Positions 55,503 to 64,000 of a stretch of DNA of 64,000 nt are shown in pieces. A model generated the notes under the pieces. The model had not been told where the DNA came from, ran no database searches, and worked only from the letters and a program-made list of their open reading frames with translations. This DNA comes from Clostridiales bacterium. Its GTDB lineage: Bacteria > Bacillota > Clostridia > Oscillospirales > Acutalibacteraceae. Made by a program: the position numbers and the translations under genes. The stretch covers positions 5,917 to 69,916 of the forward strand of contig DAITDU010000004.1 in the NCBI GenBank assembly GCA_036839715.1, given 5' to 3'. The first letter of the stretch is position 1. Every line of letters starts with the position of its first letter.

Positions 55503-58295
55503 TTATCTCAACACCGCTGCACAGCGCGCACAGATATCCGGGTGCTCCGGATCACTGCCGACTGTGTGGCTGTAGCTCCAGCAACGGGCACATTTTTTGC
55601 CTTCCGCATGGGAAACCGTAATGGAAAGTTCCGGCAAAGTTTCACCCTTGCAGGCGCCGGCTTCATCCTCAAGGACTTCAGCCTGGGAAACAATCAGTAC
55701 GGCTGGCAGTTCTTTCTCTGCCGACTTGACAAAATGGTAAAGATCTCCTGTGCAATGGAGGGATACCTTTGCGTCGAGTGAGGAGCCAATGACTTTATCA
55801 GCACGGGCCAGTTCCAGCGCCTTTTTCACATCATCACGGATTTGATGGATTTTATCCCAATGCGCAACGAATTCTTCATCGGCGCTGACCTTGACCGGTT
55901 CCGGCATATCGTTATAAATTACATGTTCCGCATTCTCTCCCCTGCGGTGCTTCATGCTGCGCCAGATCTCGTCGGAAGTAAAGGCAAGGATTGGTGAAAC
56001 AAGGCGCGTCATGCCGTCGAGGATAAGATACATGGCAGTCTGTGCCGCGCGGCGGGTTGCACTTTCCGGTTTTTCAACATAAAGCCTGTCCTTCAGCACA
56101 TCAAGATAGAAGTTGGAAAGATCCACAACGCAGAAATTATGAATGGCATGGAATGCTTCATGGAACTCATAGGTGCGGTATCCCTTCTGCGTTTCCGCAA
56201 TCAGCAGGTTGAAGCGGTGCAGTGCCCAGCGGTCGATTGGCTCAAGTTTTTCAAGCGGAACCATATCGGTATTCGGATTGAAGTCTGAAAGATTGCCCAG
56301 GATAAACCGTGCAGTATTGCGGATTTTGCGGTAGGCATCGGAAAGCTGCTTCAGGATTTTCGGAGATATGCGGATATCCGCATGATAGTCAGCAGAAGCA
56401 ACCCAAAGGCGGAGAATATCCGCACCATACCTGCTGATTATTTCGACAGGATCGATTCCGTTGCCCAGCGACTTTGACATCTTGCGCCCCTTGCCGTCGA
56501 CAACCCAGCCATGGGTAACAACCGTGCGGTATGGCGCTTTGCCGCGCCATGCAACGGCGGTCAACAGAGAGGACTGGAACCATCCGCGGTACTGGTCTGC
56601 ACCTTCAAGGTACATATCGGCAGGCCAGTGGAGCTCCGGGCGCTGGTCGGCAACAGCCGCATGGCTGCATCCGGAATCAAACCAGACGTCCATAATGTCA
56701 TGTTCCTGCGTGAACTCTGTGCAGCCGCACTTCGGGCACTTTGTCCCTGCCGGCAGGATTTCCTTCGCGGTCATGGTGTACCAGGCATCGGAACCTTCCC
56801 TTGCAAACAGGCGCGAAACCGCCTCCATTGCGTCTTTGGAAATCAGCGGTTCACCGCAGTCTTTGCAGTAGAAAATCGGGATTGGCACACCCCAGCGGCG
56901 CTGGCGTGAAATGCACCAGTCGCTGCGCTCACGCACCATGGAGGTAATACGGTCGCGGCCCCAGGCCGGCACCCATTCTACCTTGTTGATTTCCTCAACC
57001 GCCTTATCCTTGATTGCATCCACAGAGCAAAACCACTGTTTGGTCGCACGGAACAGCACAGGCTTTTTGCAGCGCCAACAATGGGGATACTGGTGGGTAA
57101 TATGCTTCACGGCAAACAGCGCGCCAATCTCATCGAGATACTGGAGGATTGCCTTGTTTGCCTCGGATGTCGTCATACCTGCAAAGCGGCTTCCGGCCTC
57201 TTCGGTCATGCGCCCATGCGCATCGACAGGCACAAGGATCGGCAGCTCCGGGTAATGGTCGTGGCAGACCTGATAGTCATCAATACCATGTCCCGGGGCA
57301 GTATGGACGCACCCGGTGCCGCTGTCCAACGTGACATGGCTCCCAAGAATGACAAGGGACTTCCGGTCAAGGAACGGATGCGCTGTTTCTATGCGCTCCA
57401 GCTCTGCGCCTTTAAAGGTTGCAACGACTTTATAGTCGGTTTTTCCGGCAACGCGCATGGCGTCCTCATAAAGTGCTGACGCCATCACATAGTATTCTTC
57501 TCCACACTGAATCAGAGAATACTCAAAATCCGGACCAAGGCAAATGGCAACATTTGCAGGGATTGTCCAGGTTGTTGTTGTCCAAATGATGAAGAACACT
57601 TTAGCCGGGTCAATGCCTTTTGCGGAAAATATACCTTTATCATCGGTGACACGGAACTTTACATAAATAGAATCACAGGGATCTTCACTGTATTCGATTT
57701 CCGCCTCGGCAAGCGCCGTTTCACAGCATGGGCACCAGTAAACCGGTTTTAGGCCCCGGTAAATCAGGCCCTTCTGGGCCATATCCGAAAAAATCTCAAT
57801 TTGCTTTGCCTCAAAATCATGTGTCAGGGTAATATAAGGATGCGCCCAGTCGCCAATACCGCCGAGCCGCATGAATTCCTTCCTCTGGTCATTGAGGTAA
57901 CCGAGGGCAAATTCACGGCAGATACGGCGCAACTCAACATCCGAAATTGTCGTAGAGTTGCCGACGCCCGCCTTTTTGCGTGCTTTCAGTTCCGTAGGCA
58001 GGCCGTGCGTATCCCATCCGGGCACATAGGGAGCTTTGAATCCAGACATGTTTTTATAGCGGACGATAATATCCTTCAGCACTTTGTTGAGGGCGGTTCC
58101 CAGGTGGATATCCCCGTTTGCATACGGCGGGCCGTCATGAAGGACATAGACCGGCTTGCCTTCATTGCGCTTCATCACATTTTCGTAAAGTTTGTCTTCC
58201 TGCCAGTTCTTCAGCATTTCCGGTTCGCGCTTTGGCAGGCCAGCCTGCATGGGGAAGTCGGTCTTCGGCAGATTCAGGGTGCTTTTATAATCCAT
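55503..58295 (-). CDS. ileS: Isoleucine--tRNA ligase
   Basis: 930 aa. PYANGDIHLGTA (HIGH) and KMSKS motifs. C-terminal Cys4 zinc motif. Confidence 0.97.
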   Translation of the reverse strand: MDYKSTLNLPKTDFPMQAGLPKREPEMLKNWQEDKLYENVMKRNEGKPVYVLHDGPPYANGDIHLGTALNKVLKDIIVRYKNMSGFKAPYVPGWDTHGLPTELKARKKAGVGNSTTISDVELRRICREFALGYLNDQRKEFMRLGGIGDWAHPYITLTHDFEAKQIEIFSDMAQKGLIYRGLKPVYWCPCCETALAEAEIEYSEDPCDSIYVKFRVTDDKGIFSAKGIDPAKVFFIIWTTTTWTIPANVAICLGPDFEYSLIQCGEEYYVMASALYEDAMRVAGKTDYKVVATFKGAELERIETAHPFLDRKSLVILGSHVTLDSGTGCVHTAPGHGIDDYQVCHDHYPELPILVPVDAHGRMTEEAGSRFAGMTTSEANKAILQYLDEIGALFAVKHITHQYPHCWRCKKPVLFRATKQWFCSVDAIKDKAVEEINKVEWVPAWGRDRITSMVRERSDWCISRQRRWGVPIPIFYCKDCGEPLISKDAMEAVSRLFAREGSDAWYTMTAKEILPAGTKCPKCGCTEFTQEHDIMDVWFDSGCSHAAVADQRPELHWPADMYLEGADQYRGWFQSSLLTAVAWRGKAPYRTVVTHGWVVDGKGRKMSKSLGNGIDPVEIISRYGADILRLWVASADYHADIRISPKILKQLSDAYRKIRNTARFILGNLSDFNPNTDMVPLEKLEPIDRWALHRFNLLIAETQKGYRTYEFHEAFHAIHNFCVVDLSNFYLDVLKDRLYVEKPESATRRAAQTAMYLILDGMTRLVSPILAFTSDEIWRSMKHRRGENAEHVIYNDMPEPVKVSADEEFVAHWDKIHQIRDDVKKALELARADKVIGSSLDAKVSLHCTGDLYHFVKSAEKELPAVLIVSQAEVLEDEAGACKGETLPELSITVSHAEGKKCARCWSYSHTVGSDPEHPDICARCAAVLR

Positions 58296-58341
58296 CGGTT
58301 ATTACTCTCCTCTTCTTGGTGCTGTCCTCTTATATGGCAGA

Positions 58342-59061
58342 TCAATCTTCAAAATTAGAAATTTCTACAGAAAAAGATGGCTCTTTCGGCTGTGTTTCCG
58401 GAGCAGGAGAAACAACAGCGGCAGGCTGCTGATCCTGCTGCACGGTGGCCTTCCCCGTAGGTTCCGGCTCCGGTTTTGAAACAGGTTTCTCTTCTTTTTT
58501 GGCAGGTACTGGTTCCGGCTTTAAGGCAGGTTCTGCTTCTTTGGGGGCAGGCTCCGGCTCAGATGGCTTGCTGTAAGTGGGCAGGGCTCCGATGAGCATA
58601 AGGTGCTCCCTGTAAAGGCTCATCAACTTTGAGCGGAAATCGGAAACCTGTTTTTGAATTGTCTCATACTCTTTCTTTTTGTCCGCAATCTGATGGTCGG
58701 CGTCGGAAACGATATGTTCAGCCTTAAGGTCTGCATCCTTTACAATAATTTCCGCCTTATGGCGTGCTTCACGCACCGACGCTTCACCGAGTTTCTGTGC
58801 ACTAATCAGTGCATTTTTGATTTCATCTTCCTGGCTGCGATATTCTTCAATTTTGGACGCCAGTATCTTCAGTTTTTCAGCGCTTTGCTGATTTTCGGAT
58901 TTCAGGTGCTCAATCTGCTCTTCCTGGGAAGAGTTCCGTTTCAGCAGCTCGTCATAGGATTCCTTGACCTTATCGACAAATGATTCCACGTCATCCGCAC
59001 GGTATCCGGAAAAGCCGGATTTACGGAAGCCAACGTTAATAATGTCATTAAGAGTAAGCAT
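58342..59061 (-). CDS. divIVA: DivIVA domain cell-division/polarity protein with Pro/Glu-rich C-terminal tail
   Basis: MLTLNDIINVGFRKSGFSGYRADDVESFVDKV is a canonical DivIVA N-terminus. Start taken at ATG 59061. Confidence 0.85.
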   Translation of the reverse strand: MLTLNDIINVGFRKSGFSGYRADDVESFVDKVKESYDELLKRNSSQEEQIEHLKSENQQSAEKLKILASKIEEYRSQEDEIKNALISAQKLGEASVREARHKAEIIVKDADLKAEHIVSDADHQIADKKKEYETIQKQVSDFRSKLMSLYREHLMLIGALPTYSKPSEPEPAPKEAEPALKPEPVPAKKEEKPVSKPEPEPTGKATVQQDQQPAAVVSPAPETQPKEPSFSVEISNFED

Positions 59062-59094
59062 ACTCTTCACCCCGCTGTTTATTCTCATTAAAAA

Positions 59095-59856
59095 TCAGAT
59101 GTATTTTCTTCCTGCCACACTAAGCCTTCCCTTTTTGGTTGGCGGTCCGAGGCGGTCGATTGCAAACCTGCCTTCCCCGCGCACAGAGAGAATATCCCCC
59201 TCCCGCACTTCTGCCGAAGGGGAAATGACCGGTTCATGGTTGAGCTGCACCATTTGGGAGCGGACAAGGCCCGCGGCTTTTTCCCTGCTTGTTTTCACTG
59301 CAGCGGCAACAAGGCAGTCCAGCCGTGCAGAAGCAACGACTGCGGAAAAATCGGCAAAGCGATGCGCAGCAGGAAGCGGTTCTGAAAAGCCCAAGGCAAT
59401 GCGCACCCCCGCCCCGCCGACCTTTTTGACCTGCGTGCAGAGAAACTGCGCAATCTCAGTGCGGCAGAAAACCACGGCACATCCCTCTTCCACAAGGATA
59501 TCCCCAAGGGAAGACCGCTCAATTCCCGCATGGAGCAACGCACCTAAAAAGTCACGGTGTGTCAGACGGTCCTGGCAGCGGAACGAGGCTGTCAGCCCCG
59601 CGACCGGGAAGCTGTCCGGTTCAGGCGTATAAAAATCAGGGAACGCGCCCATGACGACGCGCTCCGCTTCCGGAAATCCGCCCCAAAACATCACATGCTC
59701 CCGCTCCCCGCGGCCGAGGAGCGTTTCAGCCTGCTTCGCCCCGCATTCGTCGAGAAAACCGACAAAGCGAGGTCGACCGCCGTTCCGGGCAAGGCGGACA
59801 GCATCGGCAACGCGTGCTTCCAACAGGCTGCCCGGCCCGGTGTCATGGCTTGCCAT
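59095..59856 (-). CDS. ylmH: YlmH-like RNA-binding S4-domain protein
   Basis: 253 aa. C-terminal S4 domain. Conserved position between sepF and divIVA. Confidence 0.75.
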   Translation of the reverse strand: MASHDTGPGSLLEARVADAVRLARNGGRPRFVGFLDECGAKQAETLLGRGEREHVMFWGGFPEAERVVMGAFPDFYTPEPDSFPVAGLTASFRCQDRLTHRDFLGALLHAGIERSSLGDILVEEGCAVVFCRTEIAQFLCTQVKKVGGAGVRIALGFSEPLPAAHRFADFSAVVASARLDCLVAAAVKTSREKAAGLVRSQMVQLNHEPVISPSAEVREGDILSVRGEGRFAIDRLGPPTKKGRLSVAGRKYI

Positions 59857-60347
59857 TAAAAGTAGACGCCGTTATTTTCCAGCTCGTCCATCACGTCTTC
59901 ACCGGTAAGGTCAACATTATATGGTGTAATGATGAAAGTACTTGTTGCAACACGCTTAATCTTCCCGCCGTTCGCATATGCCACGCCGCTCAGAAAATCA
60001 ACAATTCTGCGGGAAATATCCTTATTGGTATTTTCAAGGTTCAGGACAACCGTGTGCATCTTAAGAAGCTCATCTGCTATATTGCAGGTCTCTTCGCCAA
60101 AGCGCTCCGGTTTAAACAAAACGACCTGAAGCTGAGCCGTCGCATGAATATTGACCACTTTATTGCTTGAACTCACCGGCTGGATTCTTCTGCCGGATTC
60201 GTGCTTGGATGCTTCCGGCTCCACACTTCTGCCCTGCTCTACAGGGGCATCAGCATTTTGCTCTCCCTCATCCGTATAGTCTTCCTCTTCATATTCGTCC
60301 TCCGGCGGATTCCACATGTCCTTGAATTTTTCGACAAATCCTGCCAT
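59856..60347 (-). CDS. sepF: Cell division protein SepF
   Basis: 163 aa. Acidic N-terminus. C-terminal SepF core (VVLFKPERFGEETCNIADELLKMHTVVLNLEN). Confidence 0.85.
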   Translation of the reverse strand: MAGFVEKFKDMWNPPEDEYEEEDYTDEGEQNADAPVEQGRSVEPEASKHESGRRIQPVSSSNKVVNIHATAQLQVVLFKPERFGEETCNIADELLKMHTVVLNLENTNKDISRRIVDFLSGVAYANGGKIKRVATSTFIITPYNVDLTGEDVMDELENNGVYF

Positions 60348-60367
60348 AAAAAGCCCTCCAGTTCTTT

Positions 60368-61114
60368 TTAAATATTTTTATTGTAATTGCGGGGACCATA
60401 AAGCGCCGTCCCAATTCTGACCAAGTTCGCTCCTGCCCGGATAGCCAGCGGATAATCCGCCGACATACCCATGGAAAGGTAGTCCATAGCTACATTATCC
60501 ATTTTTTTGCTCTTTGTGTCAATAAAATATTTGTTCATTTGTAAGAAATAATTTATTGTTTCCGCTTCCGGAGCGCCCGCCGGGGGAATTGCCATCAGGC
60601 CGCGGATTTTTATGGCAGGCATCGCGGCAACTCCCTCGAGCAGTTCCGGCAGCTCTTCCGGCAGGATACCGGACTTATTCGGTTCACGGCCAATGTTCAC
60701 TTCCAGCAGCACATCTGTTGTCACGCCATTTTTTACGCTGAGGCGTGAAACCTCATTTGCAAGCTTCATACTGTCCACAGACTCAATCATTGCCACCTTG
60801 CCAATCAGGTATTTTACCTTATTGACCTGAAGATGGCCAATAAAATGGAGCTTGCACCGGCTGAGAAGATAGCTGTCGTATTTTGAAGTCAGCTCCTGCA
60901 CCCGGTTTTCACCGATATGGTCCACACCGAGTTCAATGCTCCGGTTAATGACTTCAACCGGCACGGTTTTCGTTGCAGCAAGCAGCGTGATACTCTCCGG
61001 TTTCCGTCCGGATTGAACTGCCGCTTCCGCCATGTTTTCCCGAATTACCTTCAGGTTTTCGGCAACGTCGGCAAAGCGCTGCTCCAGCTCCTCACTTGAC
61101 AACTTTTCCATCAT
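60368..61114 (-). CDS. yggS: YggS/YlmE family pyridoxal phosphate homeostasis protein
   Basis: LLAATKTVP (PLP lysine) and HFIGHLQVNK motifs. ATG 61114 or 61111 is preceded by GGAAGGGA. Confidence 0.85.
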   Translation of the reverse strand: MMEKLSSEELEQRFADVAENLKVIRENMAEAAVQSGRKPESITLLAATKTVPVEVINRSIELGVDHIGENRVQELTSKYDSYLLSRCKLHFIGHLQVNKVKYLIGKVAMIESVDSMKLANEVSRLSVKNGVTTDVLLEVNIGREPNKSGILPEELPELLEGVAAMPAIKIRGLMAIPPAGAPEAETINYFLQMNKYFIDTKSKKMDNVAMDYLSMGMSADYPLAIRAGANLVRIGTALYGPRNYNKNI

Positions 61115-62357
61115 AGAGATCGGTCCCTTCCACAACAACTTCATCATAGAGTTTTACAGTCTCATCGGTCATCAGGCTGCCCTCTGTCGGCTTCGCCTGA
61201 CAGATTACATAGCTGTCCGTGCTGAACAGCGGTACAATCTGGCGGAAATTGATTTGGCTGCCATGCATCACATAAACACCTTCCACTTCTTTTTTTACGG
61301 TGGATTTCTTTCCATTTTTGTCCGCAACGGTTTTTTGCAGGGTTTCATAGTGAATTGTTTTTTTGCTTACCCGCAGCCCTGTATACTCTTGAAGGCTGAT
61401 ATCTGCCGTTTCGCACCGGATCCCCGCAAGGGCAGAGTTCATCTCGTCACAGCAAAGGACGACGGCTGCTTCGCCGTTCGCCTCCGACTGGTTAACTGCC
61501 TCTACAGACGCCTTAATCGGAGTACCAGAAACAAACGGAAAGCGGACAGAAACGATTCCGTCCGAATCATTTTTAAAGCCTGCAAGCTGGTCGTAGGGAA
61601 CAATACAGACAAGGTACCAGTTAAAATTATCGTCAATTTTTCCGACTGTCCCGGGAACAGGCGCCTGCTTAAAGTTCTGGAGCGAGCGAATCTGGCTACA
61701 GGTGATAGCCGTAATCTTGGAAATATCGAAGGCATCTTCCATTCCGTCAGTATCCTGGATAAAATATCCGGCGGCCGGGGACGTAACCGAACCAGTCGGT
61801 TTGCCTGCCTTGGAGGCAAACGCTTCACGCTGCGCCTTGAGCGTATCAATACGGGTGTTAAAATTTTTCACTTTACCCGTGGCAATCTGTTTTTCGTTCA
61901 TCAGATTAAGGATATCCCCTTTTCCGGAAAAAGCTTCTGTCAGGTTTCCGGAACGGATACCGCTCAGGATTGATGCAGCCTGGGAAAGGATCCGCTCGTT
62001 TGCAGTGTCTGTATTAAAGGAATAAGTACTGCCCGGCTGCTGAAGATTCTGGAGCTGAGTAATAGCACTGTCCGTATCTTCCAGTTCATGCTGGGCGGTA
62101 ATCTGGGATTCGTTCGCATAAATCTTCGCAATTACGCCGTCCTTACAGACTTTATCGCCGGAAGAAACGATATAATCCACTGCACCGGCCGCCGGAGCCT
62201 TCAGGAGTGTTTCGTTCCGAAGAGCCACAACGGAAGCCTGTACGGAATTGGAGGCCGTGTAATACTCCACTGTTTCTGTCTGGACTTCCGTATGCTTGGA
62301 ATGGTAGACCTGATATCCGACATAAAGCAGAAGAAGAATTGCCAGGATACCGGGCAT
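61092..62357 (-). CDS. HlyD-like membrane-fusion/periplasmic adaptor family protein
   Basis: N-terminal TM (MPGILAILLLLYVGY), a lipoyl-like hairpin (GAVDYIVSSGDKVCKDGVIAKIY), a coiled coil and a beta-barrel-like C-terminus. The family call is tentative. Confidence 0.55.
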   Translation of the reverse strand: MPGILAILLLLYVGYQVYHSKHTEVQTETVEYYTASNSVQASVVALRNETLLKAPAAGAVDYIVSSGDKVCKDGVIAKIYANESQITAQHELEDTDSAITQLQNLQQPGSTYSFNTDTANERILSQAASILSGIRSGNLTEAFSGKGDILNLMNEKQIATGKVKNFNTRIDTLKAQREAFASKAGKPTGSVTSPAAGYFIQDTDGMEDAFDISKITAITCSQIRSLQNFKQAPVPGTVGKIDDNFNWYLVCIVPYDQLAGFKNDSDGIVSVRFPFVSGTPIKASVEAVNQSEANGEAAVVLCCDEMNSALAGIRCETADISLQEYTGLRVSKKTIHYETLQKTVADKNGKKSTVKKEVEGVYVMHGSQINFRQIVPLFSTDSYVICQAKPTEGSLMTDETVKLYDEVVVEGTDLYDGKVVK

Positions 62358-62380
62358 CACACGATTCAACGCCCTGTCCT

Positions 62381-63325
62381 TCACAGGTCCCACCCCTTTT
62401 CTGCTAAAACCCCGCAGGCCTGCCGGAAGAGTTCCGATTCCGTGCATTCATCGACAAAGAGCCAGTGAATCTGCCGGTCCCGCCGGAACCATGTAAGCTG
62501 TCGCTTTGCATAGCGGCGGCTGTTGCGCTTGACTGCCTCCACAGCATCGGCAAGCGGGCATTCGCCGCGAAAATATGGAAAGAACTCTTTGTAGCCAATT
62601 GCCTGGGAAGCCGTTTCGGCATGCTCCATATGGTATACGCATTCCGCCTCTGCGGGGAGACCGTCCGACACCATCCGATCAACACGGCGGTCAATCGCTT
62701 CATATAGCCTTGCGCGGTCCCGGAAAGCAAGGCCAATCACGGCGGTATCGTAAGGCGGCGGGTTATCCCGCGAGTGCTTCTGTCGCTCTGACATTGTGAC
62801 GCCGGAAAGGCGGTATACCTCAATGGCGCGAACGACGCGGCCAATATTGTTTGGATGGATATGGGCGGCGGATTCCGGATCAAAAGAGCAGAGCTCATCC
62901 CAGAGCGCCTGCGGGCCTTCCTGCTCTGCTTTCTGCCGCAGTTCTGCACGCAGCCTGCTGCTGCCTTCTTCCGGCGAAAACGACACGCCGGAAAGCAGGG
63001 AGCGGACATAAAGCCCTGTCCCGCCCGTGACGATTGGCAGTTTCCCGCGCGCTGAAATATCCCGGATTTTTCCGGAAGCAAGCTTTACATAATCCGCGAC
63101 ACTGAACGGTTCTTCCGGGTTAAGAAAGCCGATAAGATGGTGCGGCACCCCCCGCATCTCTTCCTGCGACGGCTGTGCAGTGCCAATGGAAAGCCCTCGG
63201 TAGACCTGCATGGAGTCTGCCGAAACGACTTCTCCGCCGCAGCGGAGAGCAAGGCTGACAGCAAGCCGGGTTTTCCCGACAGCCGTCGGCCCGACGACAG
63301 CAGCAACCCGCAGTTTTTCCATCAT
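62381..63325 (-). CDS. miaA: tRNA dimethylallyltransferase
   Basis: 314 aa. VVGPTAVGKT P-loop and DSMQVYRGL motif. Overlaps the mutL stop by 4 nt. Confidence 0.93.
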   Translation of the reverse strand: MMEKLRVAAVVGPTAVGKTRLAVSLALRCGGEVVSADSMQVYRGLSIGTAQPSQEEMRGVPHHLIGFLNPEEPFSVADYVKLASGKIRDISARGKLPIVTGGTGLYVRSLLSGVSFSPEEGSSRLRAELRQKAEQEGPQALWDELCSFDPESAAHIHPNNIGRVVRAIEVYRLSGVTMSERQKHSRDNPPPYDTAVIGLAFRDRARLYEAIDRRVDRMVSDGLPAEAECVYHMEHAETASQAIGYKEFFPYFRGECPLADAVEAVKRNSRRYAKRQLTWFRRDRQIHWLFVDECTESELFRQACGVLAEKGWDL

Positions 63326-64000
63326 GGGATCCTCCCGAACTTCTTTTCCAATGCCTTGCGTGGAAGCAGGAAAAAGACCGGGCGGCCATGCGGACAGTAG
63401 CGGACGTCCTCCTTTTCTACACGGTGGACAAGGTCGAGCAGCTCCCTCGGAGAAGCAGGGTCCCCAGCCTTAACGGCAGCACGGCAGGCAATATTGTGGT
63501 AGAGCCAGTCCACTTTTTCCGTTGTGAGATCCGTCTTGTTCGCGGCAAGGTAGCCCGCGATTTCCATGACAGCCTCCGCAACGCCGCTCCCTCCGAGAAC
63601 CATCGGCGCACTGCGGACCAGCACGGTCCCGCTGCCGAAGTCTTCAATCTCAAAGCCTGCCCTGGCACAGGCATCAAGCGAATTCAGGACAGCGGAATAC
63701 TCGTTTTTCGCAAGCGTTACGGAAACAGGTTCCAAAAGCATCTGGCGGTCGGCTTCGCCGCCTCGCGCTTTCAGCCGCTCATAAATCAGCCTCTCATGTG
63801 CAGCGTGCTTGTCGATAAAAACAAGGCTGCCGCCCCGCTCAAGAATGATATAAGTTCCAAATGCCTCGCCAATCAGACGTTCCGGTACTTCATCCTTTTC
63901 CGACACAGGCTGCGGCGGAACTGCTTCCTGCACAGGCTCTTCCCCTAGGGCAGGAGGAACTGCGGCAGGCTTTCCCTCTTCCTCATCGTCACATTCAATG
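63322..64000 (-). CDS. mutL: DNA mismatch repair protein MutL, C-terminal dimerisation domain; 5' part lies outside the window
   Basis: GEAFGTYIILE...FIDKHAAHERLIYE...CPHGRP motifs. The frame stays open through the Pro/Glu-rich linker to position 64000. Confidence 0.85.
   Translation of the reverse strand, partial: IECDDEEEGKPAAVPPALGEEPVQEAVPPQPVSEKDEVPERLIGEAFGTYIILERGGSLVFIDKHAAHERLIYERLKARGGEADRQMLLEPVSVTLAKNEYSAVLNSLDACARAGFEIEDFGSGTVLVRSAPMVLGGSGVAEAVMEIAGYLAANKTDLTTEKVDWLYHNIACRAAVKAGDPASPRELLDLVHRVEKEDVRYCPHGRPVFFLLPRKALEKKFGRIP

Noticed and set aside
58440-58570. Repetitive GGTTCCGGCT-like DNA
   Set aside because: It encodes the Pro/Glu/Lys-rich low-complexity tail of DivIVA (PEPxPK repeats). 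It is an imperfect, in-frame coding repeat, not a tandem repeat array or CRISPR.

Overview
This 64 kb window looks like ordinary chromosomal core from a spore-forming Firmicute. It is probably a Clostridia or Oscillospiraceae-like organism with moderate GC, but that assignment is inferred from gene content and synteny only. I support 67 protein-coding genes, most of them on the minus strand.

Gene content, from start to end:
- DNA/RNA repair: nfo (3' fragment), ogt, a beta-CASP MBL nuclease and xth.
- ppiB-like cyclophilin, DegV and an AraC regulator.
- A CIRCE-controlled hsp20.
- A complete Bce-type antimicrobial-peptide module (response regulator, intramembrane-sensing kinase, ABC ATPase, FtsX-type permease).
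- An SGNH esterase and an iron-type alcohol dehydrogenase.
- CIRCE-controlled groES-groEL, a THUMP RNA methyltransferase, hpf, and a lone class I fumarate hydratase alpha subunit.
- The conserved sporulation/division block yabM(MOP flippase)-mazG-hup-yabO-yabP-yabQ/divIC-yabR.
- recJ-relA-MBL hydrolase-hemZ-uridine kinase-like operon.
- A CotF-like pair and a solitary mazF.
- A 4-gene glycosylation cassette (DUF2142-like, GT4, GT2, DUF2304) and a Cys-rich lipoprotein.
- An AcpS-NnrD fusion.
- T-box-controlled pheST, then ireB.
- A pur operon (purE-M-N, PurO-type IMP cyclohydrolase, AICARFT-only purH, purD).
- SPFH/NfeD, a comEA-like gene, and rluD-lspA-ileS-divIVA-ylmH-sepF-ylmE.
- A HlyD-like adaptor, miaA, and the 3' part of mutL.

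I saw no rRNA, tRNA, CRISPR array, transposase, integrase or phage genes.

I did not find a compelling novel multi-gene system. The observations most worth follow-up are:
- An intact MazF toxin with no recognisable antitoxin. It sits where a glycosylation cassette appears to have replaced the alr-mazE part of the conserved acpS...mazF locus.
- Two unusual in-frame fusions, AcpS-NnrD and YabQ-DivIC.
- A CIRCE operator overlapping the hsp20 promoter.
- A small gene with a strong Shine-Dalgarno (SD) sequence that is interrupted at an A5 run.

All functional calls come from reading motifs in the translated ORFs and from remembered family signatures. No database search was run.
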